Of a stretch of DNA of 20,000 nt, positions 7,950 through 17,164 are shown one piece after another; positions within the stretch are counted from its first letter, which is position 1, and the number at the start of each line of letters is the position of its first letter. This stretch comes from an uncultured virus (IMG/VR IMGVR_UViG_3300036987_000183). Its lineage: Duplodnaviria > Heunggongvirae > Uroviricota > Caudoviricetes. The notes under the pieces are model-generated. The model was not told the DNA's origin, ran no database searches, and saw nothing but the letters and a program-made list of their open reading frames with translations. Made by a program: the position numbers and the translations under genes. The stretch lies in IMG/VR virus record IMGVR_UViG_3300036987_000183; one strand, given 5' to 3'.

Positions 7950-8108
7950 CTAAGCAACATAGCCTGTATTTAGCCAGTTAAGGCAAGATATTTTAGTATA
8001 TATCACATACATCATTCTAATAGCATTTATGCGTCTACTAAAAAGCCTATAACCTATCATATGATTCCTGTATGTTGTGCAAGGGAGGAACCATCATGAT
8101 CATCCAAG

Positions 8109-8323
8109 AGCCAGACTCTCAATAGTCTGGCTTTATCAATTTGAAAGGAGGTGAATTAGTAGAACTGTAATAACCCTTCCCATCAATCTAATCCGTAACA
8201 TCGATCTACCATCGACAATCCAAGCACCACAACCTAGCAGTATATCCGTAAAGGGATATCTGCGTCTTGTAACCTACGTTACAAAAAACTGAAAAATATA
8301 TGACCATCAAGGTCTTTATCTAA
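8109..8323 (+). repeat. Diverged relic of the ardC upstream region and first codons
   Basis: Same element order as 18308-18590: hairpin with TCAAT loop, GAAAGGAGGT, G-poor tract, 39-bp motif (8239-8277 vs 18507-18546), A-run, then ATG ACC ATC AAG GTC TTT (MTIKVF vs ArdC MAINVY). Confidence 0.7.
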
Positions 8324-8325
8324 AG

Positions 8326-8350
8326 TGCAATATTGCTATCCAATATTGCA
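8326..8350. promoter_or_regulatory. Perfect 10-5-10 inverted repeat TGCAATATTG-ctatc-CAATATTGCA, candidate operator
   Basis: Read directly. Lies 50 bp upstream of a sigma70-like promoter. Confidence 0.6.
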
Positions 8351-8399
8351 AGGAGAAAACAAGCCCTACTTAAGCCTAGATGTCGAGCATGTTTTTGTC

Positions 8400-8428
8400 T
8401 TGACACAATTTAACATGGTAATTATCAT
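8400..8428 (+). promoter_or_regulatory. Sigma70-type promoter TTGACA-N17-TATCAT
   Basis: Consensus -35, 17-bp spacer and 5/6 -10 match, 58 bp before the response regulator ATG. Confidence 0.7.
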
Positions 8429-8486
8429 TATTCATAATATACTTGTTGACGATATCTGGTCAGAATACCTATGACGGAGTAACCGG

Positions 8487-9161
8487 ATGACAATTCTTGT
8501 GGTAGAAGACGATAAAAAAATAGCAAATTTTATAAAGCGTGGCCTTGAGGCAGAGGAATATAAGGTTGAAGTTGTTCATAATGGCGAGAAAGGTCTAGAA
8601 TTAGCTCTGGAGCGGTCATATGGTCTAATTATACTCGATGTAATGTTAACAAAAAAAGATGGCCTCACCCTGCTAAGGGAGCTAAGGGAAAAAAGGTACT
8701 TTACTCCTGTGTTGATTCTGTCGGGGAAGACTATGAAGGAAGATAAAGTCGCAGGACTTGATGCTGGGGCAGATGATTATATGACTAAACCATTTGCCTT
8801 TTCTGAGCTAATAGCACGCGTCAAGGCTCTTCAGCGTAGGACGGAACACGAAAGAGGTGCTAAAATACATTTCTCAGATCTCTGTCTCGATCCTGTTACT
8901 CATCAAGTATGGTATAAAGAAAAAGAGCTTGAGCTTGCCGCAAGGGAGTACGAACTTCTTGAATACTTCATGCGCAACCCAAACCAAGTTCTCACTTTGG
9001 ATATGATCTCCGATCAAATTTGGAGAGGCGAGATTAGTAAATATACAAATATCATAGCAGTATACGCCAACTATCTTAGGAAGAAACTACGTAAAGTAGA
9101 TTCAAAAGAGCTTATCCATACTGTGCGCAGTGTTGGTTATATCATGAAAGAAGTTGCTTAA
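8487..9161 (+). CDS. OmpR/PhoB-family response regulator (CusR/CzcR-like), orphan
   Basis: ILVVEDD...IILDVML...GLDAGADDYMTKPF receiver domain plus winged-helix (EYELLEYFMRNPNQVL...IHTVRSVGY). No kinase adjacent. Confidence 0.95.
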   Translation: MTILVVEDDKKIANFIKRGLEAEEYKVEVVHNGEKGLELALERSYGLIILDVMLTKKDGLTLLRELREKRYFTPVLILSGKTMKEDKVAGLDAGADDYMTKPFAFSELIARVKALQRRTEHERGAKIHFSDLCLDPVTHQVWYKEKELELAAREYELLEYFMRNPNQVLTLDMISDQIWRGEISKYTNIIAVYANYLRKKLRKVDSKELIHTVRSVGYIMKEVA

Positions 9162-9213
9162 GGAAGTACGGGTTGAAGAGCTGGACCATATTTTAAATCG
9201 AGAGGACTCCAAA

Positions 9214-9702
9214 ATGGCAACATTAATTGAATTAGCAGCATCACTAGTAGAGTCACATGCTTCCACTACTGCAATGACCACTGAAGAGCTCCTGAAGGAA
9301 ATCGAACTGGTCTACAATGCCTTGAAGAACCTTGAGGCAGGGGTAGTGGCTCCTGTTGTTACAGAAGCGAACGTACCTACCATCACGGCTAAGCAATCAA
9401 TTAAGCCAAATGAGGTAATATGCTTGATCTGCGGTAAGGGAGGTATGCAGACCCTTGCTCGTCACCTAAATACCGCCCACAATATGAAGCCAGGAGAATA
9501 TAGGAAGCAGTTTGGTATTTCTTCCAAGCAACCTTTAGTTGCCAAGAAGTTCTCAGAGTCCAGAAGGAAAACTGCCCTGGAAAAAGATCTTGCTGGAAAT
9601 CTCGCTAAGGCCAGAGAGGTAAGAATGGCAAATATAGCAGCTGCAAAAGTAGCTGGGGCAAAAAAGGCACCGCAATCTAAGAAGGCAGTTAAGAAGGATT
9701 AG
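9214..9702 (+). CDS. mucR: Ros/MucR family zinc-finger transcriptional regulator
   Basis: SIKPNEVICLICGK..QTLARHL..AH.MKP.EYRKQFG...PLVA..FSE.RR..A motif. AGAGGA RBS before ATG 9214. Lys/Ala-rich tail. Confidence 0.9.
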   Translation: MATLIELAASLVESHASTTAMTTEELLKEIELVYNALKNLEAGVVAPVVTEANVPTITAKQSIKPNEVICLICGKGGMQTLARHLNTAHNMKPGEYRKQFGISSKQPLVAKKFSESRRKTALEKDLAGNLAKAREVRMANIAAAKVAGAKKAPQSKKAVKKD

Positions 9703-9881
9703 GCCTTAGAAAGGTATAAAAGCTAGTTCTCTTAATCTTGTCATTTGGATGTGCAAGTGTTGGATTGGTAGCTCTTGACAAATATATTAGACTTGAGCAA
9801 AGACTATCTGACTATAACACGAAATTAAAGGAATCGACATATGGTATTGGAACCGAGCCAAGTGCGACACAATCCCTACTG

Positions 9882-10298
9882 TTAAAATAGCAGAAATATA
9901 AAAAATGATGTGAGAACTACGACTAAAAGACTGAAAAGTGGAGCTATTATTCCACCGATAGGACATTTTATGAGAGGTTTACCTATTGATTTTCCTATAG
10001 GTATCAATAAGATAAAGCCTGTTAAAGGGAAATACCATTCAAGTTTCCAAAGGCTTGCAGCAAATATTGATATGACTGCAAGTATAGAAACTAAAGCCAA
10101 GATTTCGTATATCATTCCACCAATACCGCTAACAAATATAAGTGGTCTATATAAAATTATAGCTTCTGGATTTGGTTTTCCTAAATATTTAACAAATTTT
10201 CCATCTTCAAATCGGATAATACCATGTCCATAATCATAATTAATGGAGGCAATGCCGTAACAAACGCAGCAGATAAAAAATATAACTTCAAGGGTCAT
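9882..10298 (-). CDS. Hypothetical integral membrane protein
   Basis: 138-aa ORF with about 4 hydrophobic segments. Confidence 0.7.
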   Translation of the reverse strand: MTLEVIFFICCVCYGIASINYDYGHGIIRFEDGKFVKYLGKPNPEAIILYRPLIFVSGIGGMIYEILALVSILAVISIFAASLWKLEWYFPLTGFILLIPIGKSIGKPLIKCPIGGIIAPLFSLLVVVLTSFFIFLLF

Positions 10299-10677
10299 AT
10301 AGATACCTAATTCATGTGACGTTGATTGTAATTATTCCATTTCAACACTAATTGCTCCATTCGAAGGGAAGTCAGTACATTTGTCATTGTTCCGCATGCC
10401 TGCGAAAAGTTGCTCTACAGGGCGGGTATTGTTAACTACTGAACATGCTACCCCGCAACCTCGATAATACTATTGGAATAAATAATTTCAAGAGTAAATA
10501 TTTATAAAGGTTTTGAGATGCTATGCTTTCTGATGTAACCAGAGATGTACGGTGTTGAGTAGGTTTACCACGGGTAATTGTGGGGCCAAGGCTGCATCCT
10601 TTGAAATATTCATTACTTTCAAGACCCCAGCATATTTGTGACCTATTCTGTCGCAACCATATTTTATCCTCCTCACC

Positions 10678-10860
10678 ATGATATCCATATGCTGTTCACA
10701 ACCTAAACCGGATTACCAGGAGCTTGCCCCAGAAGAAAGAAAGGTATTCTGTCGGCTAGTTTATCTTCTGCGAAAAAGAGGATATTCGATTAAGGATGCT
10801 CAGGATATGGCATATCGGAAGATTCTGGAGGATAGTATCTCGTTTGATTTAGGTAAGTAG
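10678..10860 (+). CDS. Small hypothetical protein
   Basis: 60-aa ORF with helical, protein-like composition. No clear RBS. Confidence 0.45.
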   Translation: MISICCSQPKPDYQELAPEERKVFCRLVYLLRKRGYSIKDAQDMAYRKILEDSISFDLGK

Positions 10861-10969
10861 CCTTGTATGGAAGCGCCGGCTTGCGGTCTGTTAAATTGTT
10901 TCTCATGGCGGAATAGGGCCAAATCTGATATGTATTGTCCGCGTTTAAGAATTCTTGAGGAGAGAAGCG

Positions 10970-11071
10970 GTGGGCGAATATCCAGTCGAAGTTCTGGAGG
11001 AAATCAACCGGCTCAAGGCACAACATCTTAAAGAACAAATACAAAGGCATTTAAGGTCGAGTGACCGCTGA
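10970..11071 (+). CDS. Small hypothetical peptide (33 aa); not in the ORF track
   Basis: GAGGAG, then GTG. Translation: MGEYPVEVLEEINRLKAQHLKEQIQRHLRSSDR*. Its stop abuts the next RBS. Confidence 0.4.
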   Translation: MGEYPVEVLEEINRLKAQHLKEQIQRHLRSSDR

Positions 11072-11087
11072 AAAGGAGCATTTTCTG

Positions 11088-11288
11088 ATGATCAGTTTTA
11101 TAGGGTTCGTACTTTTCATGATTTTTCTCTTCAAGTACACAAAGATAGACAGATTCTATCTTTGGGGCTTTGTTATCATGTCTTTACTTGGTATGATAGG
11201 TATTAACTTTGGAATGATAGGAGCTTTTGTTGCGTTATTGGCATGTAAGGTAGTTAAAGATTTTCGCACTTTGGACAAAACAGGTTAG
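11088..11288 (+). CDS. Small membrane protein
   Basis: AAGGAG (11073-11078) before ATG 11088. Strongly hydrophobic 66 aa. Confidence 0.6.
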   Translation: MISFIGFVLFMIFLFKYTKIDRFYLWGFVIMSLLGMIGINFGMIGAFVALLACKVVKDFRTLDKTG

Positions 11289-11776
11289 CCAGGCCAACCT
11301 GCAGGGTTCCAGTAAACTTTTGCGGATAGTATGGATGGAATGATTTTTTTCGCTCTGCTTTAGATCTCACCAAGTTTCCTGGATCGCCGTTGGTACATTA
11401 CCACCACGGACTCGCCCCGAATATTTGCGACAGCGGACTGTTCGCATATCATCTGCTTTTACTCTAAGGCCGGTTTTGCAGACAACTTGCTTGCTTTACC
11501 TCTAAAAGGGTCGGTGCATGTGACCACATATTAAGTACGCGATAAAAACTATTCTACTAAAAGTCCTATACAGAATCCAGATTCTTAAAATGTAGACAGT
11601 AACCAGATTGAATATATAATACTCTTTTTGCATTATTCCCGTACCCCACCCCCTCAATATCATGTGCCTACCAGGCACCCAGCAAGGATCTACTCGCCTG
11701 TATGACCATCAACATACCCAATATAGACACCGGCCATTAAGAAGCTGAAGCGGATAGACATATACGGAAGGTAAAC

Positions 11777-11803
11777 ATTAGAAAACTGGCAATTTCTAAT
11801 AAA
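11777..11803 (+). repeat. 27-bp palindromic direct repeat, copy 1 (ATTAGAAA-ACTGGCAA-TTTCTAAT-AAA)
   Basis: 26/27 identical to 16179-16205. 8-8-8 dyad. Confidence 0.9.
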
Positions 11804-11843
11804 TCTTGATAAGTAATAATATCATCGTCTTGCTGGAGCTTCC

Positions 11844-12821
11844 ATGACCTACGAGCAGCTTGTTGAGTTCCTTTCCTCAAAAATGAAGATGTCCCATATT
11901 TATCAGCCACTCCTTATCAGGAGCCTGGTAGATGCTGGTGGATCTGCAACCATTCGCCAATTAGCTCAATTCTTCCTTTCCCAAGACGAAAGTCAACTTC
12001 TCTACTACGAAAAACGCATCAAGGAAATGCCTCTCAAGGTTCTTTCAAAACATGGAGTAGCATCAGCAGATGGAGAGTTAGTGCATCTGAATGTTAAGAA
12101 GTTATCCTTGGAGCAGAAAGCACATATCAGAGGTCTCTGCGAACAAAAGCTCCAGGAGTTCGTCCAGAAAAGGGGTTTGGGTATTTGGGATTACAGGTTA
12201 CTGGAAACAGATCCGATACCTGACAGTATACGATATCAGGTGCTTAAGGAGTCTGGTGGAAGGTGTGCTCTGTGTGGTATTACCAAGAAGGAATCACCAA
12301 TCGACGTTGACCATATCATTCCCAGGAGCAGGGGCGGCACTCACAACAAATCAAACCTTCAAGCCTTATGCATAAAGTGCAATAGAAGCAAAGGGAATAA
12401 AGATAAAACGGACTTCAGAAATGACCTTCCTGAGGGCAAGATAGAAGATTGCATATTCTGCTCTGATGAGATCCTTGAAAGAAAAATAGCTGAAAATGGT
12501 CCTGTATTCGCCATAGAAGATAAATTTCCAGTTACCTCTAACCACCTACTCGTAATCCCCAAAAGACATACTCCAGATTACTTCTCGATGACCTCCCTTG
12601 AACGTCAATGTGCCGAAGAACTCTTGAGATACCTTAAAAACCATGTAGCAAGTCAAGATAAGGCTGTTACTGGCTTCAACATAGGTACGAATTGTGGCGA
12701 GGTTGCGGGCCAATCAGTTATGCATGCCCATGTCCACCTAATACCCAGGAGAGCTGGAGACATGGATAAACCCAAAGGTGGAGTCCGGCATGTAATTCCA
12801 AGCAAAGGTTACTACAAATGA
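11844..12821 (+). CDS. HNH endonuclease-HIT hydrolase fusion protein
   Basis: CALCG...DVDHIIPRSRGG...SNLQALCIKCNRSKGN (HNH), followed by DCIFC...DKFPVTSNHLLVIPKRH...GQSVMHAHVHLIPR (HIT HxHxH). The N-terminal helical region may bind DNA. Confidence 0.92.
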   Translation: MTYEQLVEFLSSKMKMSHIYQPLLIRSLVDAGGSATIRQLAQFFLSQDESQLLYYEKRIKEMPLKVLSKHGVASADGELVHLNVKKLSLEQKAHIRGLCEQKLQEFVQKRGLGIWDYRLLETDPIPDSIRYQVLKESGGRCALCGITKKESPIDVDHIIPRSRGGTHNKSNLQALCIKCNRSKGNKDKTDFRNDLPEGKIEDCIFCSDEILERKIAENGPVFAIEDKFPVTSNHLLVIPKRHTPDYFSMTSLERQCAEELLRYLKNHVASQDKAVTGFNIGTNCGEVAGQSVMHAHVHLIPRRAGDMDKPKGGVRHVIPSKGYYK

Positions 12822-12864
12822 GATAGAAAAGTGGATATGTTAATAGTGAAAGGTGTGATCGACT

Positions 12865-13194
12865 ATGAAATTCAGGAAAGACCTTCCAGGTTATGTTCCA
12901 CCTAAGCAGGTAGAATTGACTGTTAAGAGAAAAGACCAAAAGAAAGAAAAGTGGTCTGAGGTTGCTAATATCAACAGTAGTAATATCAGTTGCAATGTGA
13001 ATATATCATTCAATGGCAGCAAAACCGTAATATCATATAAAGCATTACGTCAATATAATAGTGTTGATGATGATGGTGATTTTAAAAATACAATATATTC
13101 AGTAGAAATAATACTAGACAAGTACATTATGTCAGATGTTATAGAACATGCTGTTAATTCTGGAATGTATACTGTCAAGTTAGCACCAAAATAA
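12865..13194 (+). CDS. Hypothetical protein
   Basis: 109-aa ORF, AAGG(TG) upstream, co-oriented within the cluster. Confidence 0.65.
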   Translation: MKFRKDLPGYVPPKQVELTVKRKDQKKEKWSEVANINSSNISCNVNISFNGSKTVISYKALRQYNSVDDDGDFKNTIYSVEIILDKYIMSDVIEHAVNSGMYTVKLAPK

Positions 13195-13285
13195 GCAAAT
13201 ATAATATAATATAATATTATAGTACAAGTAGGTGCTGAAAATTTACTAATAAGTACTGTTATTGTGGCCATATTTGGAGGTGTAG

Positions 13286-14194
13286 ATGGCAGTTCCAGAT
13301 TTCCAATCATTCTTCAAGCCCATACTTGATGTGGCAGCTGATAATGGAGAGCATTCTGTAAAAGATGCAAGAACTATTATCAAATCTGTAATGGATCTGT
13401 CTGAAGAAGACCTCCGTGATATGCTCCCTAGTGGTACGCAGTCAAAGTTTGATAACAGGATCGCGTGGGCAATTAGCTATCTCGTTCAAGCGAACGTGTT
13501 GGAAAGACCCAAAAGAGCGTTTTTCAAGATTACAGATCGTGGTCGAGAGTTGCATAATAAAAAACACGCAAGAATTGATGTCGCTATCCTCAAAGCCTAT
13601 CCTGAGTTCCTAGAGTTCCATACTTCTAAAGTAACCACACCCGTCACTCCCATAGAAATTGATACATCAGTAAGTGCCACTCCCGATGAAATCCTTCAAC
13701 AGGCTTATCAAAGCATGCGGAATGATCTAGCCAGCGAGATACTTGAGAAGATAAAGATCAACTCTCCAGGGTACTTTGAAATGTTGGTTGTTGATCTGTT
13801 GGTAGCTATGGGTTATGGAGGGTCAAGAACGGATGCAGGACAGTCACTTGGGCGGAGTGGTGATGAAGGTATAGATGGTATCATCAAAGAAGATCGTCTG
13901 GGGCTTGATGTGATTTACTTGCAGGCCAAAAGATGGGCTAGCACAGTAGGTCGTCCTGAGATCCAGAGATTTGTAGGAGCGTTACATGGCAAGCGAGCAA
14001 AAAAAGGCGTATTCATTACTACAGGCAAGTTTTCAAATGATGCCTTGGATTATGTAGCGACCATTGATCCTAAAGTTGTCCTGATAGACGGTAGGACCTT
14101 GGTGGAATATATGATTGATTTCAACCTGGGAGTCTCTATAGCAACAACATATGAAATTAAACGCCTAGATTCAGATTATTTCTCAGAGGAGTAG
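13286..14194 (+). CDS. mrr: Mrr type IV (modification-dependent) restriction endonuclease
   Basis: Mrr_N (PDFQSFFKPIL...LPSGTQSKFDNRIAWA..YL..A) plus Mrr_cat (FE.LVVDLL.AMGYGG...GDEGIDGII.ED.LGLD.IYLQAKRW...FVGAL....A.KGVFITT). GGAGG RBS. Confidence 0.97.
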   Translation: MAVPDFQSFFKPILDVAADNGEHSVKDARTIIKSVMDLSEEDLRDMLPSGTQSKFDNRIAWAISYLVQANVLERPKRAFFKITDRGRELHNKKHARIDVAILKAYPEFLEFHTSKVTTPVTPIEIDTSVSATPDEILQQAYQSMRNDLASEILEKIKINSPGYFEMLVVDLLVAMGYGGSRTDAGQSLGRSGDEGIDGIIKEDRLGLDVIYLQAKRWASTVGRPEIQRFVGALHGKRAKKGVFITTGKFSNDALDYVATIDPKVVLIDGRTLVEYMIDFNLGVSIATTYEIKRLDSDYFSEE

Positions 14195-14415
14195 TATATT
14201 GTTTTAAAGAGGGCCATGATGTTTTGGAAAAGCCCAAGGACTACAGTTTCATATTTTGGCTAAGGAGCGGCCAACAACCACCTTTATAGATAATAAATGT
14301 TGAGAAGTGATCGTACTTTAGCCGCAGTTCTGCTTACACATGAATCAGTTTAAATGCCTACGATTGGATACATATAGCGATACAGATCGAAATATTGATA
14401 TTTTTGGAGGGATAG

Positions 14416-15894
14416 ATGAATGTCAGGGAGTGGCTTCCAGAATTTAAAGTGTCAGCCGAAAGCGATACAGAGTTACTTAAGTACTTTCTTAAAACATCTT
14501 ACGTAGACGATATTCTTAACACGTCAAAATGGATGGTCCTAGGCCGCAAAGGTACTGGTAAAACAGCAATTTATGAATATATCAAAAGCGGGACAAGAGA
14601 ATCGTTAGGCGGATTTGAACCAATAGCCCTCAATTTCAAAGACTATCCTTGGCCAATTCACAAACTGTACAAGGAAGGGATGGAGGGAGAAATTACAGCT
14701 TATCAGAAAAGTTGGCATTACCTAGTTATAGTTCAAGCTATATCTAAGCTAATTGAAATACGTGAAAAGAGCTCTGAGTACTTATCAAGTGAATTGCAAG
14801 CAGCCAAAAAAATAATAAACTTTATATACGGTAGTCCGTTTCCTTCTCTAATGGAAGTTATTAAATCAAAGTTGTTTCGAATAAATAGCTTGTCTTTACC
14901 AAATTTAGCAGCAGCAGATATAAATATGTCAGCAGGAGAAATCTCATTTGATGATGTATCTGCTGATTCACAATTAAAATCGAAACTTAAAACTAATGCG
15001 TTTGTCTTGCTGCAGTACTTAGAAACAATACTCTTACAAAACATTGGCGAGACGCAAATTTTGGTTGCTTTAGACCAGTTAGACGAAAATTGGTTGCAAA
15101 ACGAAATTGAAGAATATAGTAAAATATTGATCAATCTTATAAATGTTTGTCAGCACATAAACAATGCCGAAAGATTTAAAAATCTAAAGATTATTCTTTT
15201 TCTAAGGTTAGATATCTATGAAACATTGAGGTTTAATGACAAAAACAAGATTTTTCAGGATAGCGCTGTCGAAATAAGGTGGGACAATGATAGTTTAAAT
15301 GAAATGTTTTTCGAAAGGGTTAAGAAATATAAGCCTGCTGAACTTCAATTAGATATGAATTTGAAAAGCAATGCTATTTTTGAAGCAAAGTTTGTAAGAC
15401 ATGGAGCCACACCATTCAAGCACATTTTAAGGAGATCATTTTATCGACCACGTGATATTGTTGTTTATATGAATAAAATTAGAGAAGCCCATAAAGGTAC
15501 TAAGAGCGGATTGTATTCATCCAAGGATTTATATAATGCCGAAAAAGATGTGTCAAAAAGTTTGTACAGTGAACTTATTGATGAATGGTCAAATCAAAAG
15601 CCTGATTTAGATACAATTCTTTCTGTATTACAGAACATCGGCACACAAACCTTCAAATATGAAGACTTTGTTGAGAAATATAGTAATTCCAACTCAGATT
15701 GTGATAAGGCTGATATCAATGATGCCCTTTTATTCTTGTTCCTTAATTCTGTTATTGGTCAAAAAATTACTGCCAACTGGGAATATTTTTGCACTAATCC
15801 GTACATGCAAATAGACAATGCTAAGCAGTTTCATGTTAATTCTGGCCTTAAAGACAGGCTCATGCTAACAGAGAGCAGATCTTCACGAGCTTAA
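14416..15894 (+). CDS. P-loop ATPase (Sll1717-like family)
   Basis: Walker A GRKGTGKT, Walker B VALDQLDE, FLR.DIY, RPRD motif, N-terminal AE.D..L..YF. GGAGG RBS. Confidence 0.85.
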   Translation: MNVREWLPEFKVSAESDTELLKYFLKTSYVDDILNTSKWMVLGRKGTGKTAIYEYIKSGTRESLGGFEPIALNFKDYPWPIHKLYKEGMEGEITAYQKSWHYLVIVQAISKLIEIREKSSEYLSSELQAAKKIINFIYGSPFPSLMEVIKSKLFRINSLSLPNLAAADINMSAGEISFDDVSADSQLKSKLKTNAFVLLQYLETILLQNIGETQILVALDQLDENWLQNEIEEYSKILINLINVCQHINNAERFKNLKIILFLRLDIYETLRFNDKNKIFQDSAVEIRWDNDSLNEMFFERVKKYKPAELQLDMNLKSNAIFEAKFVRHGATPFKHILRRSFYRPRDIVVYMNKIREAHKGTKSGLYSSKDLYNAEKDVSKSLYSELIDEWSNQKPDLDTILSVLQNIGTQTFKYEDFVEKYSNSNSDCDKADINDALLFLFLNSVIGQKITANWEYFCTNPYMQIDNAKQFHVNSGLKDRLMLTESRSSRA

Positions 15895-16178
15895 TATTAT
15901 TATTACTAACTCTCCGCTTATAAGTTAAAAGGCATTAGTGGTGTTATTAGTTCAAAAATAATACGTTTGCTAGTTACAAAACCCATAATTATCTCCGAGG
16001 TCTGATTCATATATTGAAAGCCAAATAGCTCCAAGAACCGACCCCTACCCCCTAAAGGATCAGTACACCTACCAGATAACATTGAATTCTGTTTACCGAC
16101 AGTATGATCTTTCCTTCCAACGTTCGCAAGGTGATAAATCCATAATTTCAAGTAGATACATGCTTTAAAAAAACAATT

Positions 16179-16205
16179 ATTAGAAAACTGGCAATTTCGA
16201 ATAAA
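16179..16205 (+). repeat. 27-bp palindromic direct repeat, copy 2
   Basis: ATTAGAAAACTGGCAATTTCGAATAAA, 26/27 identical to 11777-11803. Confidence 0.9.
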
Positions 16206-16307
16206 CTTTGCTATATGATTATGAAAAATCTGTATGAAAGTCACGGCTTAAAAAGTAATCTAACCTAATAATGTTACGACGTCACTTTGATATTACAGGA
16301 GGCTTGT

Positions 16308-16715
16308 GTGCAATTAACTGAAAGTCAAGTATCCGCATCTGCTTTAGCTGAGGTTTTTAGTTCTGCTTTCATGGATGTCTATGATTTAGATGCCGACTCT
16401 TTTCGTGTTAAAGGTGATAGAATTGGTGTTTATGTTGAAGTAGACAAAGATAAAAAATTTATTAAATATAGTTTCATTAATAAGATGAACAATATAAATA
16501 TAAGTGCTATTACACAAGTAATGAATAAAATGAATCAAGAATATTATTTTCTAAAATTCTCACTTGTTCCATATGACAATAACTACTTTTATACTTCTCA
16601 CTATTATATGAGTTTTAAAAAAGGAATAATCAATTACCAGTTAGTTGATAACCTGAAAATGTTTGAAAGGGTAACATATGAAGCGGCTATGTCAGAACTG
16701 GGCGATTATTTCTAA
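16308..16715 (+). CDS. YbjN-like (T3SS-chaperone fold) protein
   Basis: AGGAGG before GTG 16308. Size and pattern (beta-rich N-terminus, MNKMNQEYYFLKF, GI...QL...L..F) resemble YbjN-domain proteins. Confidence 0.6.
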   Translation: MQLTESQVSASALAEVFSSAFMDVYDLDADSFRVKGDRIGVYVEVDKDKKFIKYSFINKMNNINISAITQVMNKMNQEYYFLKFSLVPYDNNYFYTSHYYMSFKKGIINYQLVDNLKMFERVTYEAAMSELGDYF

Positions 16716-16820
16716 TGCTATCTATAATTGCTTCTTTGGCAAGACAAGCCTGAGAGATAAATTTAATTAGCACTGATTTACAAGTTCAGTACAGAGATTG
16801 TAATCATCTGTAATAAGTTC

Positions 16821-17004
16821 TCAAAAAAAAACTCTATATGATATCCAAAATATTCAAAACATCCGAGTACCCAGATGGTATATAGGAAAAGGGAATAGTA
16901 AATAGATGAACCCCGGTGGGGTAACGTCTTTAGCAAGGGTATGGCCTAACTGGTCGTGCCCTTTTTTATTACCATTAAGCATGTAACAATACGAAAGGAG
17001 GTAG
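16821..17004 (+). repeat. Non-coding repeat of about 185 bp, copy A (candidate promoter + short structured RNA + terminator)
   Basis: Aligns by eye with 18185-18377 along its full length. Confidence 0.9.
16935..16967 (+). terminator. Intrinsic terminator-like hairpin within repeat A
   Basis: AAGGGTATGGCC-taact-GGTCGTGCCCTT followed by a T-run. Confidence 0.75.
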
Positions 17005-17130
17005 ATCCGTAGAACAAAGACCAGATAGACTATTGGGGAATGAGTTGCAGCGAGCATGAGGATAATTGCAATGCTTGCGTATGTACAGCAACCAGTATTG
17101 ATCTGTGACCAAATTAAATTACATCTGAAA

Positions 17131-17164
17131 AGCCATATCCTTTAATAGGGGAGTGGCCCTTTTT
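17131..17164 (+). terminator. Terminator-like hairpin
   Basis: Imperfect stem GCCATATCCT..AGGGGAGTGGC followed by CCTTTTT. Confidence 0.4.

Noticed and set aside
9910..10233. Plus-strand 107-aa ORF
   Set aside because: Antisense to the hydrophobic minus-strand membrane gene, which is more plausible.
10432..11050. Minus-strand ORFs 10432-10656 and 10790-11050, and a strong minus-strand RBS (GAGGAGG) before ATG 10660
   Set aside because: The RBS leads only to MVATE*. The longer ORFs have no recognisable features. Possibly a decayed gene, but unsupported.
13199..13220. ATATA tandem microrepeat
   Set aside because: Low-complexity AT-rich intergenic sequence.
11787..16212. TGGCA...TTG as a sigma54 promoter, or the 27-bp repeat as a dif/pdif site
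   Set aside because: GG-GC spacing is wrong for -24/-12. The arms do not match the XerC/XerD consensus, and the spacer is 8 bp rather than 6.
15918..17057. Minus-strand ORFs 15918-16244 and 16854-17057 (also 18416-18604 and 19185-19469)
   Set aside because: No RBS or motifs. They overlap repeats or real genes, and the frame is not preserved between repeat copies.
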